Assembly: GCA_036741715.1 (NCBI GenBank)
Contig: DAINRR010000006.1
Span: 11,106 to 75,105, forward strand
Reading direction: 5' to 3'
DNA length: 64,000 bases
Source of the DNA: Gemmatimonadales bacterium
GTDB taxonomy: Bacteria > Gemmatimonadota > Gemmatimonadetes > Gemmatimonadales > GWC2-71-9
Of this stretch, positions 11,137 to 20,359 are shown piece by piece. Under the pieces are notes generated by a model. That model made no database searches. It was not told the origin of the DNA and saw only the letters and a list, made by a program, of their open reading frames with translations. The stretch's first letter is position 1. Each line of letters opens with the position of its first letter. A program made the translations under genes and the position numbers.

Positions 11137-13509
11137 ATGGCGACCTTGCGTCACAGATCGACCGTTCTCTTCCTCCTGGCCGCGGCTTCGCCGGCAGCGG
11201 CGCAGGAATTCGGTGCCGCCGCCGCCGTTGCGGGCCGGGATGTCATCATCGGCCAGGCGTCGAATCAATATGCGCCGGGCTATGTCTACATTTTCCGCGC
11301 GAACGCGCAGGGTGCGTGGCGCGTCGCGTCCCGATTTGCCGCGCCGGACTCCGCGCGCCATACCGGCTTCGGCCGCCGCATCGCCGTGGACGGCAATACG
11401 ATGCTCATCGCCGAGAGCCCGCTCGACAGCGCCACGGCAGGACGGGTTCACGTGTATGAGCGCAATCAGGCAGGCACCTGGCGACATGCGGGCATGCTGG
11501 CCCCGACCCCGGTTGCCAACGGAGACCGGGTCGGCCGTGGCCTGGCGCTCAAGGGGAATGTCGCGATCATCGGCGCCAGCCGGACCGACAGCATGCGCGG
11601 TGAGGCCTGGGTGTTCCGGAAGCAGGGGAACCAGTGGCGCCAGGAAGCCCGGCTCCGCCCGGCGGACGTAGCGCCCGGCTCGGCCTTCGGCAATACGGTG
11701 GCGTACGACGGCCGCCTGATCGCCGTTGCGGCCCAGCAGGCCGACTCGAACGCCGGGGCGGTGTACATCTTCCGTGACAGCGCGGGGACGTGGAAGCAGG
11801 AGCAGAAGCTCACCATCCCCGTCCAGCCGGCGTTTCGGCCGAATGCGCAGTTCGGGGCGGCGTTGCTCTGGCACGAGGGCATGCTCTACGTCGGCGCCCC
11901 GGGCCTGACCAACGGCATGGGCGCGATCATCCGCTTCACGCACGACTCCGCCAACAACCGCTGGAACCCCGTCGGCGGACTGCTCCCCTTCGACGCCACG
12001 CCCGGTGCGCAGTTCGGCACGACGATGACGATGATGGGGAACGAGCTCTGGGTCGGCGCGCCCTTCCTGGCACAGGGGCGCGGCCGCGTCTTCCGCTACC
12101 TGCGGGACACCTCGGGCGCGTTCACCAGGGCCACGAAGGTCGCGTACGATTCGGCCGACGCGCAGGTCGCATTCGGGGGGGTACTCGCCGGCCAGGGCAA
12201 CCTGGCGGTCGTCGGGATGAGCAACGCGGACTTCGGCGAAGGCCGCGCCTCGATCCTTGCGATCGCATCGAACGGCAGCGTCACTCAGCGGACGGTGAGC
12301 GGCGAAGTCTTCCGGCCGGCGGCCGTCGCAGGACGCGAAGTGAACTGCAGTTCCGGCAAGGCGAGCGAGTTCGGGTGCGAGAAGGTCAACCTTCTCGCGC
12401 TCCTGCCGGTCTCGGCGATGGGAGGCAAGCAGGGCACGCGACTGAACGATGTCTGGGGCTGGACCGATCCGGAAAGCGGCAAGGAGTACGCGATCGTGGG
12501 ACGGTCGGACGGCACGTCGTTCGTCGACGTGTCCAATCCGAATCAGCCGCGCTACCTGGGCGACCTTCCGAAGACCGCGGGCTCACCGTCCGCCGTCTGG
12601 CGGGACATGAAGGTCTACCGCAACCACGTGTACATCGTCGCCGATGGATCCCAGGCGCACGGCATGCAGGTCTTCGACCTCACCCGGCTGCGCCGCATCA
12701 CGGCGCCGCAGACCTTCACGCCCGATTACCACTACACCCGCATCAACAGCGCGCACAACATCGTCATCGATACGGCGTCCGGATTCGCCTATATCGTCGG
12801 GGCGGGGTCCGGAGGCGAGACCTGCGGCGGCGGATTGCATATGGTCAACATCAAGGACCCGAAGAACCCCTCCTTTGCCGGCTGCTTCCAGGACAAGGCG
12901 ACAGGCCAGGCGGGAACGGGCTACTCGCACGACGCACAGTGCACGGTCTATCATGGCCCCGATACGCGCTACACCGGGCGGGAGATCTGCATCGGGGCGA
13001 ACGAGAATGCGATCAGCATCGCCGACGTGACCGACAAGCAGAATCCGGTGGCCGTGGGCCGGGGCACCTACCCGGACGTCGGGTACGCGCACCAGGGCTG
13101 GTTCAGCGACGATCACCGCTACTGGTACCAGGACGACGAGCTCGACGAGCTGCAGGGGAAGACGAAGGGCACGCGCACGATCATCTGGGACCTGCAGAAG
13201 CTCGACGATCCCGTGGTGGTCGGCCAGTACGAGGCGCCGGTCAACGCGAGCGACCACAACCTCTACATCGTCGGCGACCGGATGTACAACTCGAACTACA
13301 CGAGCGGCCTCCGCGTGGTGGACATCAGTGACCGGACCAAGCCGAAGGAAGTCGGTTTCTTCGACACGGTACCGGTCGGTCCGGAAGCCCCGGGCTTCGG
13401 AGGGTCGTGGAGCAACTATCCGTTCTTCAAGAGCGGGACGATCCTCGTCACGAGCGGCAATGAGGGTCTCTTCCTCGTGAAGGACCAGACCACCAACCTG
13501 ACGCCATGA
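11137..13509 (+). CDS. Secreted beta-propeller protein, FG-GAP-like N-terminal half plus choice-of-anchor-B/LVIVD-type C-terminal half
   Basis: ATG preceded by AAGGAG. Signal peptide LFLLAAASPAAAQE. C-terminal half NDVWGWTDPESGKEYAIVGRSDGTSFVDVSNPNQPRYLG...VYRNHVYIVADGSQAHGMQVFDLT...GLRVVDISDRTKPKEVGF. Confidence 0.8.
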   Translation: MATLRHRSTVLFLLAAASPAAAQEFGAAAAVAGRDVIIGQASNQYAPGYVYIFRANAQGAWRVASRFAAPDSARHTGFGRRIAVDGNTMLIAESPLDSATAGRVHVYERNQAGTWRHAGMLAPTPVANGDRVGRGLALKGNVAIIGASRTDSMRGEAWVFRKQGNQWRQEARLRPADVAPGSAFGNTVAYDGRLIAVAAQQADSNAGAVYIFRDSAGTWKQEQKLTIPVQPAFRPNAQFGAALLWHEGMLYVGAPGLTNGMGAIIRFTHDSANNRWNPVGGLLPFDATPGAQFGTTMTMMGNELWVGAPFLAQGRGRVFRYLRDTSGAFTRATKVAYDSADAQVAFGGVLAGQGNLAVVGMSNADFGEGRASILAIASNGSVTQRTVSGEVFRPAAVAGREVNCSSGKASEFGCEKVNLLALLPVSAMGGKQGTRLNDVWGWTDPESGKEYAIVGRSDGTSFVDVSNPNQPRYLGDLPKTAGSPSAVWRDMKVYRNHVYIVADGSQAHGMQVFDLTRLRRITAPQTFTPDYHYTRINSAHNIVIDTASGFAYIVGAGSGGETCGGGLHMVNIKDPKNPSFAGCFQDKATGQAGTGYSHDAQCTVYHGPDTRYTGREICIGANENAISIADVTDKQNPVAVGRGTYPDVGYAHQGWFSDDHRYWYQDDELDELQGKTKGTRTIIWDLQKLDDPVVVGQYEAPVNASDHNLYIVGDRMYNSNYTSGLRVVDISDRTKPKEVGFFDTVPVGPEAPGFGGSWSNYPFFKSGTILVTSGNEGLFLVKDQTTNLTP

Positions 13510-14624
13510 TCCGATCGCTTCGCGCCCTCGTGGCGCTCGCCGTCGGGGCCGCCTGCGCGGCCCCGGGGGCGACGCGCCAGACCCCCACGCCGGCCGGGAC
13601 GGGCGTGGGGGTCCGGCTTTACGTCCCGAATCAGAACGACGCCTCGGTGACCATTCTCGATGCGGCGTCCGGCACCACGCTCACCACCGTCGACCTGCGG
13701 ACAGCGGGCTTCACCGCGAATGCCAAGCCCCACGCGGTCGTCGCCGAGCCCGACGGCTCGGCGTGGTATGTCTCCCTGATCGGTGACAACTTCGTCGCCA
13801 AGTTCGATTCCGCAAACCGGTACGTCGGCCGAGTCCCGATGGAAACGCCGGGGATGCTGGCACTCGACGCGAGGCACGATCGCCTGTACGCGAGCCGGTC
13901 GATGACCGCGGTGAGCCCGCCGGCCAGCATCGGCGTGATCCGCCGGAGCGACATGCGGCTCCTCGAAGAGCTCGACGTCCTCTTCCCTCGACCGCACGCG
14001 ATCGCGGCCGCGACGACCTCGGGACGCGTGTACGTCTCGGGACTCGGCGACAACCGGATCGCGGTGGTGGATACGGCCGGACGTGTCGAACTGGTGCAGG
14101 TCCCGGGTCCACTGCATGCCTATGTGACGTTCGCGCTCTCGCCGGACGGGTCCCGGCTCGCGGCCACGACGCAGCTGACGTCGAGCCTCGTCGGGTTCGA
14201 TGTGCGGACCGGCAGGCCGGTGCCGGCCGCCTCGGTCCAGGTTCTCCCCTTCGGCTATCAGGTGAGCTGGTCGCCGGACGGGCACTCGATCTGGCTCGGC
14301 AACCAGCGGAGCGGGGCCGTCACGATGGTGGATGCCCGGACCTGGGCCGTGCGTGACGTGATCCGCGATTCCGCATTCGCGGAGCCGCATGGGGTCGCGA
14401 TCTCGCGGGACGGTGCCACTGTCTACGTCTCGAGCCACGGCGTTCAGGCCGGCTCGTCGACACCCACCCCGGCCGACACGATGCACGGTGGCATGCACGC
14501 CGGTGAGGGTGCCGCGCGCGGTGGCGGCACGCTCGCGATCATCGATGCCGGTACCCGCACCGTCCGCAGGGTGGTCCGAGTCGGGCGTTACGCCGTGGCC
14601 ATCGATCTCGGCGGGACCCGATGA
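13506..14624 (+). CDS. YVTN/YncE-type beta-propeller repeat protein (secreted)
   Basis: ATGA overlap with the upstream gene. Signal peptide LVALAVGAACAAP. Repeats such as LYVPNQNDASVTILDAASG, VYVSGLGDNRIAVVD, ALSPDGSRLAATT and AISRDGATVYVSS. Confidence 0.8.
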   Translation: MIRSLRALVALAVGAACAAPGATRQTPTPAGTGVGVRLYVPNQNDASVTILDAASGTTLTTVDLRTAGFTANAKPHAVVAEPDGSAWYVSLIGDNFVAKFDSANRYVGRVPMETPGMLALDARHDRLYASRSMTAVSPPASIGVIRRSDMRLLEELDVLFPRPHAIAAATTSGRVYVSGLGDNRIAVVDTAGRVELVQVPGPLHAYVTFALSPDGSRLAATTQLTSSLVGFDVRTGRPVPAASVQVLPFGYQVSWSPDGHSIWLGNQRSGAVTMVDARTWAVRDVIRDSAFAEPHGVAISRDGATVYVSSHGVQAGSSTPTPADTMHGGMHAGEGAARGGGTLAIIDAGTRTVRRVVRVGRYAVAIDLGGTR

Positions 14625-16489
14625 AGGGAGCCAGGCTGCTGGTGCTCGCGGCCGCGGCACTCGGCTGCGCGTCGCGGTCCGCAGCGACGCAGGGCGCGGC
14701 ACCGTCATTCATGCCGGGTCTCGAGCGGCGCGTTGCCTCGATTCCGATTGCCGACAGCGCGGGCCGGCAGTTTGCACTCCCGTTCCTGGGCGGTCTGGAG
14801 CGGCCGCGGCCGCAGCTCGTGGACATCGACGCGGATGGGGACCTCGACCTGTTCGTGCAGGAGTTCACGAACCGGATGACGTTCTTCGAGCGCACCGATT
14901 CGGCGGGGGAGGCGCGCTGGACGTGGCGTACCGATATGTGGGAGCAGCTCGAGATCGGCGACTGGAGCCGGTTCATCGACCTCGACGGCGACGGCGACCA
15001 GGACGTGCTCGCCGAATCGCCCTACAGCTTCATCCGCTGGTACCGGAACGACGGCTCGGCGCGCCAGGCGCGGTTCACGCTCGCGGCGGACACGCTCTAC
15101 GACGTGAGCGGCGAGCCGATCTTCGCGGACCGGCAGAACATCCCGCAACTCGCCGACCTCGACTGCAACGGGAGGATCGACCTCATGCTGGGTCGAGTGG
15201 ACGGCACGATCACGCGCTTCGAGCTGCGCAACATCGAGGGGAACGCCCCGCGCTTCGGGTTCATCACCGATCGCTTCGAGGGAATCCAGATTCTCGGCGG
15301 GGACGCGACGCCCGGCGGTCCGCCACCAATGGCCATCCCCGGAGCCGGTGGCGTCACGCCGAGCCTGCACGGCGCGAACACGATGGCGCTGGTGGACCTC
15401 GACCGCGACAGCGACCTCGACATCCTCTGGGGCGATTTCTTCGAGCCGGGCCTGCTCTGGATCCGGAACGATGGCGGATGTGGCGGGCCGTCGATGCGCG
15501 AGCCGCCGGTCCCCTTTCCGGCGGGAAGCCCGATCCGGACCAGCGGCTACAACGCGCCGACCGCGGGCGACCTCGACCGCGACGGGGATCTCGATCTTCT
15601 GGTCGGCGTGCTGGGCGGGGCATACAATCCGACCCGCACCTCCCGCGACAACCTGTACCTTCTCGAACAGACCGCGCCGCGCACGTTCACGGTTCGCACC
15701 ACCCGCTTTCTCGACGGCTTCGACCTCGGCAGTGAGACCAGCCCGGCCCTGTTCGATCTCGACGCCGACGGCGATCTCGACATGCTCGTGGGGAACAAGA
15801 TCGAGCCGGAAGGGGATGTGGCCGGCCTGTACCTCCTGGAGAACGTCGGATCGGCGCAGGCCCCGTCGTTCCGGATGCGGCCGCGGCTCCCGATCGGCCC
15901 CGCATATCACTATTCCCCCGCGCTCGGCGACCTCGACGGCGATGGTGATGCGGATCTCGTGCTCGGCACGTGGCGCGATGCGCTGCTCTATTACCGCAAC
16001 GATGGCTCCCGGGAGGAGCCGCGCTTCGTGCTCGCCGATTCGATGCTCGCGCAGCTCTCGCGCGGGAGCCACGCCTCCCCGACGCTCGGTGATGTCGACG
16101 GCGACGGCGATCTCGACCTCTTCGTCGGAGAAGCCTCGGGAACGATCAACCACTTCCGGAACGACGGCAGCCGATCCGCGCCGAAGTTCAGCCTGGTGTC
16201 CGACGAGTGGAACGGATTGCAGGAGGGCCGGCGGACGGCACCGCGCCTCGTCGACATCGATGGCGACACTGACCTGGACCTGGTCATCGGCACCGAGGCG
16301 GGAACACCGGTGCTGTTTCGCAATACCGGGTCCGCGAGGCGTGCCGAGTTCATCCGGGAGCGCGAGGCGGCGGCATGGCCGGCGCTGTCGGTGCCGGCGT
16401 TCGGCGATCTGGATGGAGACGCGGATCTGGATGTCGTGATCGGGAACGCGGCGGGCGGGCTGATGCACCTGGAGGGAGCCGGGAGATAG
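14621..16489 (+). CDS. FG-GAP/VCBS repeat protein (CRTAC1/ASPIC-like) lipoprotein
   Basis: ATGA overlap with the upstream gene. Lipobox LAAAALGC. At least 8 repeats of the D-x-D-G-D-G-D-x-D calcium-loop type (DIDADGDLDLFV, DLDGDGDQDVL, DLDRDGDLDLLVG, DVDGDGDLDLFVG ...). Confidence 0.85.
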   Translation: MKGARLLVLAAAALGCASRSAATQGAAPSFMPGLERRVASIPIADSAGRQFALPFLGGLERPRPQLVDIDADGDLDLFVQEFTNRMTFFERTDSAGEARWTWRTDMWEQLEIGDWSRFIDLDGDGDQDVLAESPYSFIRWYRNDGSARQARFTLAADTLYDVSGEPIFADRQNIPQLADLDCNGRIDLMLGRVDGTITRFELRNIEGNAPRFGFITDRFEGIQILGGDATPGGPPPMAIPGAGGVTPSLHGANTMALVDLDRDSDLDILWGDFFEPGLLWIRNDGGCGGPSMREPPVPFPAGSPIRTSGYNAPTAGDLDRDGDLDLLVGVLGGAYNPTRTSRDNLYLLEQTAPRTFTVRTTRFLDGFDLGSETSPALFDLDADGDLDMLVGNKIEPEGDVAGLYLLENVGSAQAPSFRMRPRLPIGPAYHYSPALGDLDGDGDADLVLGTWRDALLYYRNDGSREEPRFVLADSMLAQLSRGSHASPTLGDVDGDGDLDLFVGEASGTINHFRNDGSRSAPKFSLVSDEWNGLQEGRRTAPRLVDIDGDTDLDLVIGTEAGTPVLFRNTGSARRAEFIREREAAAWPALSVPAFGDLDGDADLDVVIGNAAGGLMHLEGAGR

Positions 16490-16522
16490 CACCGCCGTTG
16501 CGGGTGCCGGCGGTGAGATGCA

Positions 16523-16574
16523 GACGAGGGATCTGCTCCGCGAGTCCTGGGACTCGCCGGGCAGATCCCTCGTC
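16523..16574. terminator. Long nested palindrome between convergent genes
   Basis: The outer stem gacgagggatctgc / gcagatccctcgtc is 14 bp. It encloses an inner stem gcgagtc-ctgg-gactcgc. The whole element is a nearly continuous hairpin of about 23 bp. Confidence 0.55.
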
Positions 16575-16588
16575 ACTTGTCCGCCTCG

Positions 16589-16620
16589 GGACGACCGCGG
16601 GTGCCAGCCCCCGGTCGTCC
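16589..16620. terminator. Second stem-loop between convergent genes
   Basis: ggacgaccg-cgggtgccagccc-cggtcgtcc is a 9-bp stem. It lies just 3' of the minus-strand stop at 16627. Confidence 0.45.
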
Positions 16621-16626
16621 GGTCGA

Positions 16627-18690
16627 TCAGGGTGTCAGTGGCTGCTTCGCCTCCAGCTTCGCCGACCAGAGTCCCGAGTTGAAGTCGGTGAAGAGGATGT
16701 GCCCCTTCCACGGCATCGCGTTCATGACGAAGGAGGCGTTCGGCGTATACCCCTGCGGATCGTACGGTTTGTACACCGCGATCTCGCGCCGCTGGTCCGC
16801 AAGGTTTCCGACCAGCTCGCCCGAGACGTCCACCACCCGCAGGCCGCCATCGTAGTAGGCCTGGTACATCACGTCGTCCTCGACGATGATGTCGTGGGAG
16901 CCGAACTCCTCCTGGTGGTACTTCGCGATGTTCCGCGGATGGCGCGGGTCGGTGAAGTCGACGATGTGGGTATACCCGGCGGACGTCTGCGGGACGCCGC
17001 CACGCTCCGGGTTGACGGCGCTCAGGCCGTAGTTCGTGCCCTCCCAGACGCGTCCGGAGCGCGACATGATTTCGTCACCGAGGAAGAGATAGACCTTCCC
17101 GGTCGACTTCTGGTGATAGGGAAAGATCTCGTGCGTCGCGCCGCTCGTGGTCGGGTAGGTGGCGATGAGCACGGGCTTCTCGATCGTCCCGCCGTACTTG
17201 CCGTTGCCGACATCCACCGCGACGACCCCGGTGCCCCATTCCGACGAATAGGCGATGCCGTCGTGGACCCAGACGTCGTGCACGCGCGACTGCGGGTGAT
17301 CGTACTCGCTGACGAATTTCGGCTGATAGATGTCGCGCACGTCCACGATGACGTACTTGTCGCCGCCCGAGATCGCGAACAGGTAGTCGTTGGTGGCGAA
17401 CATGTTGTGCACGCCGCCGGTCAGCTGCTCGTTGAAGGTGGCGGCCACCTTCGGGTGCGCCGGATTGGCGAGATCGAGGATCACGACGCCGTTCACGCGA
17501 TTCGATGCGCCTTCACGGGACAGCACCCCGTACCGTCCGTCCGGTGACACCGTGACGTCGTTGATGATGCGGGCATCCACCTTGATCGAGTCGGACCGCA
17601 CCGGGTTGCCGAGGTCGGTGATGTCCATGACGTAGGCCCAGCCGTCCCCGCCCCACGTGCCGACGAGGGCGTAGTCCCGGCCATCCTTCCCCGTGAACGG
17701 CCAGAAGTCGGAGGTATGCACGTGAGTGATCGAGCCCCGGCCCGTGATGTTGATCCGGCGGCGCGCCTCCCTCGGCCGCACCTCGAGCACGCGGCGCGCG
17801 GTGGCCGTACCGGCCGATGCCAGGAGGGTGTACCGGCCGGGCACTTCCGCGGCGAAGAGACCGCGATCGATGATTCCGGTCGCGCCGGGAGCGGCGATCG
17901 TGTCGTCGGGCGTGTAGGTGTAGCTCCAGGTGATCGGCACGTCGGGCACCGCGACGCCGTTGGCCCGCTTGGCCGCGGCCTTGAGATGAATCACATCGCC
18001 CGTCCGGATGCTCGATTCGTCGAGCGTGATCGATACGCTTGCGACCGGGTTGGCCGCGACCGTATGCGCCACCTGCGCCGAGGAGCCCTCAGCTTCGGCA
18101 GTGATGGTGACGGGGCCGGGCCGATGTGCGGTGACGTGGCCAAAGCGATCCACGCTCGCCACCGATTCGTTCGAGCTGCGCCAGCGCCAGTTGAGGTCGC
18201 GCCCGGGGCGCTCGCTGCCGTCCGCGTGCAGCGCGCGGGCGCGGTGCGGCAGGGTCACGCCCGTGTAGAGGCGGCCGGAGTCGGCCACGAGCTCGACCTT
18301 CGCGAGGGGCGGCCACTTCACCGTGACCGGAATGGTGAGGGTCACCGGCGGCGTTGCCGTGTCCGGGGGGACGGTGGACACGTTCACCTGGTACGTGCCG
18401 GCGCGCACGCCGCGAATGCCGTCGAAGGTGATCTGCAGGCCGTTCCGGGCACCGCTCACTCGCAGCGGCGGGTTTTCGACCACCCCGCCCCGCGCATCGA
18501 AGGCCGTCAACTTGACCGGCACGACCGAGTCGCCGGCGACGATCTCGAGGCTGGCCGGCTCCGCGACGAGGCGGGTCACGACGCGCACCGAATCCCGTCC
18601 CTGCTGGGCAGCGAGAGGTGCGGCGAGGCCGAGCGCCAGCACCGCCGGCGCCATGCGCCTGACGAAGCACCGGGCATGCGTTACGTTCAT
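16627..18690 (-). CDS. Secreted Ig-like (Big_2-type) domains plus LVIVD-repeat beta-propeller protein
   Basis: 687-aa ORF with signal peptide APAVLALGLAAPLAAQQ. N-terminal Ig-like repeats (VTLTIPVTVK, VTITAEAEGSSAQVAHTV). C-terminal propeller segments AYVMDITDLGNPV, VVILDLANPAHPK, YVIVDVRDIYQPK and GLRVVDVSG. Confidence 0.8.
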   Translation of the reverse strand: MNVTHARCFVRRMAPAVLALGLAAPLAAQQGRDSVRVVTRLVAEPASLEIVAGDSVVPVKLTAFDARGGVVENPPLRVSGARNGLQITFDGIRGVRAGTYQVNVSTVPPDTATPPVTLTIPVTVKWPPLAKVELVADSGRLYTGVTLPHRARALHADGSERPGRDLNWRWRSSNESVASVDRFGHVTAHRPGPVTITAEAEGSSAQVAHTVAANPVASVSITLDESSIRTGDVIHLKAAAKRANGVAVPDVPITWSYTYTPDDTIAAPGATGIIDRGLFAAEVPGRYTLLASAGTATARRVLEVRPREARRRINITGRGSITHVHTSDFWPFTGKDGRDYALVGTWGGDGWAYVMDITDLGNPVRSDSIKVDARIINDVTVSPDGRYGVLSREGASNRVNGVVILDLANPAHPKVAATFNEQLTGGVHNMFATNDYLFAISGGDKYVIVDVRDIYQPKFVSEYDHPQSRVHDVWVHDGIAYSSEWGTGVVAVDVGNGKYGGTIEKPVLIATYPTTSGATHEIFPYHQKSTGKVYLFLGDEIMSRSGRVWEGTNYGLSAVNPERGGVPQTSAGYTHIVDFTDPRHPRNIAKYHQEEFGSHDIIVEDDVMYQAYYDGGLRVVDVSGELVGNLADQRREIAVYKPYDPQGYTPNASFVMNAMPWKGHILFTDFNSGLWSAKLEAKQPLTP

Positions 18691-18734
18691 GGAACTCCCC
18701 CAGAAGGCTGGACGACGACAATGACGCGGAAGCT

Positions 18735-19952
18735 GTGATTATGGTCTTCGCACAATCGCATCGCAAGCGGCTGGTCCGTGTGGCCACCACCGCACTCGCG
18801 GGCGGAATGCTCCTGGCCGCCTCCGGTTGCGCATCGCCGAACGCCGGCGCCGACGCCGTCCGGTCCCCCGGACCGGCCGGTACCCGTCCGGTCCCTTCGA
18901 ACGACTACTGGGTTTACGTCGGGGCGGAATCCGCGGACCTCATCCACCGGATCCGGTTCGGCCCCGCCGGAGCCACGGTGGAGCGCACCATCCCCGTGGG
19001 CGAATCGCCGGTCGAGATGGAGGGGCCACACGGCCTGCAGATCTCGCGCGACGGCCGCTATCTCCACATGACCACGGGCCACGGCTCACCCGACGGCAAG
19101 TACTGGCGCTACGACCTGGGCCCCGACACCCTGACCGCGCCCGGGATCTTCCTCGGCTACTTCCCCGCCTCGCTCGACGTCACGCCGGACGGGCTGTACG
19201 CCTTCGTGGTCAACTTCAACCTGCACGGACGAATGGAGCCGTCGAGCGTCTCGGTGATCCATACGCCGTCGAACACCGAGGTGGCGCGTCCGATCACCTG
19301 CACGATGCCGCACGGCAGCCGGGTCTCGCCCGACGGCGCCCATCACTACTCCGCGTGCATGATGGACGACCAGCTGGTGGAGATCGATACCCGTACGTTC
19401 CAGGTGTCGCGACGTTTCAGCGTTGCCCCGGGACGCGAAGGCCCCCTGCCACTGGACGCGGGGCCGGAGCATGCAGGCCACGCAGGGGCATCGATGCCGG
19501 CGCCCGGCTGCTCGCCGACCTGGGCCCAGCCGTCGGCGGACGGGAAGAAGGTCTTCGTCGCCTGCAACAAGGCGGACCAGATCCTCGAGGTGGATCGGGA
19601 GGGGTGGAACGTTTCGCGCCGCTTCGCAACGGGACGCGGGCCGTACAATCTCGCGGTCAGTCCGGACGGCCGATTCCTCCTCGCCTCGCTCAAGCAGGGT
19701 GGCGGTGTGCAGCTTTTCGACCTGGAGTCGGGCAGCAGCGTCCTGCAGGAGAAGAGCTCGACGACCGTCACCCATGGTACGGTCATCACGCCGGATTCGC
19801 GCTACGCGTTCGTGACCAGCGAGGGCGTGGGCGCTGAGCCGGGAAAGGTCGATATCTACGACCTGCAGACTCTGCAGCGTGTCGCGTCCGTGGACGTGGG
19901 CCAGCAGGCGGGCGGTATCGCGTTCTGGAAGATGGCGGCCGGGGGAAGCTGA
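18735..19952 (+). CDS. YVTN/cytochrome-D1-like beta-propeller lipoprotein
   Basis: GTG at 18735 (an alternative ATG lies at 18741). Lipobox MLLAASGC. Repeats ISRDGRYLHMTT, VTPDGLYAFVVN, VSPDGAHHYSAC, VSPDGRFLLASL and ITPDSRYAFVTS. Confidence 0.8.
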   Translation: MIMVFAQSHRKRLVRVATTALAGGMLLAASGCASPNAGADAVRSPGPAGTRPVPSNDYWVYVGAESADLIHRIRFGPAGATVERTIPVGESPVEMEGPHGLQISRDGRYLHMTTGHGSPDGKYWRYDLGPDTLTAPGIFLGYFPASLDVTPDGLYAFVVNFNLHGRMEPSSVSVIHTPSNTEVARPITCTMPHGSRVSPDGAHHYSACMMDDQLVEIDTRTFQVSRRFSVAPGREGPLPLDAGPEHAGHAGASMPAPGCSPTWAQPSADGKKVFVACNKADQILEVDREGWNVSRRFATGRGPYNLAVSPDGRFLLASLKQGGGVQLFDLESGSSVLQEKSSTTVTHGTVITPDSRYAFVTSEGVGAEPGKVDIYDLQTLQRVASVDVGQQAGGIAFWKMAAGGS

Positions 19953-19956
19953 CCCG

Positions 19957-20358
19957 CTAGTGGCGCGCCGCCGAGCGATCGGTGCCGAGCAGTTCGATCC
20001 GCTCGCGCGGCGCGATGCCGTTGCTCGTGAGGTCCACCCCCCAGTAGACGACGTGATCGCGTCCGGCTTCGACGACGATCACCGGCTCGCAGCTCGTACG
20101 GTCGGCATCCCGGAGAAACGCGTACTGCGGCACGGCGACCTCCGGGTCGGCGGAGACCGGCAGGGCGCGCACCGAGTCCGCAAGCGCGCTCGAGTCGAAC
20201 GACGGGCGCGCCGCGATGGCCTCGACCGTCGGCAGCGCGGGCCAGACGGCAGGGGGGTCGCACGGGGCTCCTGACCGGTCCACGCCATCGCGCGCGCCCT
20301 CCGGCGCACATGCCAGTACGAGGAGCAGGGCGCCTGTCGCGGGGCCGACGCGTATCAC
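19957..20358 (-). CDS. Hypothetical lipoprotein
   Basis: ORF 19957..20406 trimmed to GTG 20358, just after the upstream stop. Lipobox GALLLVLAC. Start choice is uncertain. Confidence 0.5.
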   Translation of the reverse strand: MIRVGPATGALLLVLACAPEGARDGVDRSGAPCDPPAVWPALPTVEAIAARPSFDSSALADSVRALPVSADPEVAVPQYAFLRDADRTSCEPVIVVEAGRDHVVYWGVDLTSNGIAPRERIELLGTDRSAARH

Positions 20359-20359
20359 G

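Noticed and set aside
14621-16489. Apparent tandem DNA repeats (gacggcgacggcgat...)
   Set aside because: They are in frame and encode the D-x-D-G-D-G-D calcium-loop motifs of FG-GAP/VCBS repeats. They are not a noncoding satellite or a CRISPR-like array.
14705-16711. 668-aa minus-strand ORF antisense to the FG-GAP gene. Similar cases are 7400..8683, 50714..52492, 55126..56943 and 58296..59489, which lie antisense to the permease, hydrogenase large subunit, hypF and hypE.
   Set aside because: The reasoning is the same as for uvrA. They are Arg/Asp/Glu/Pro-rich low-complexity translations opposite genes with strong family motifs.
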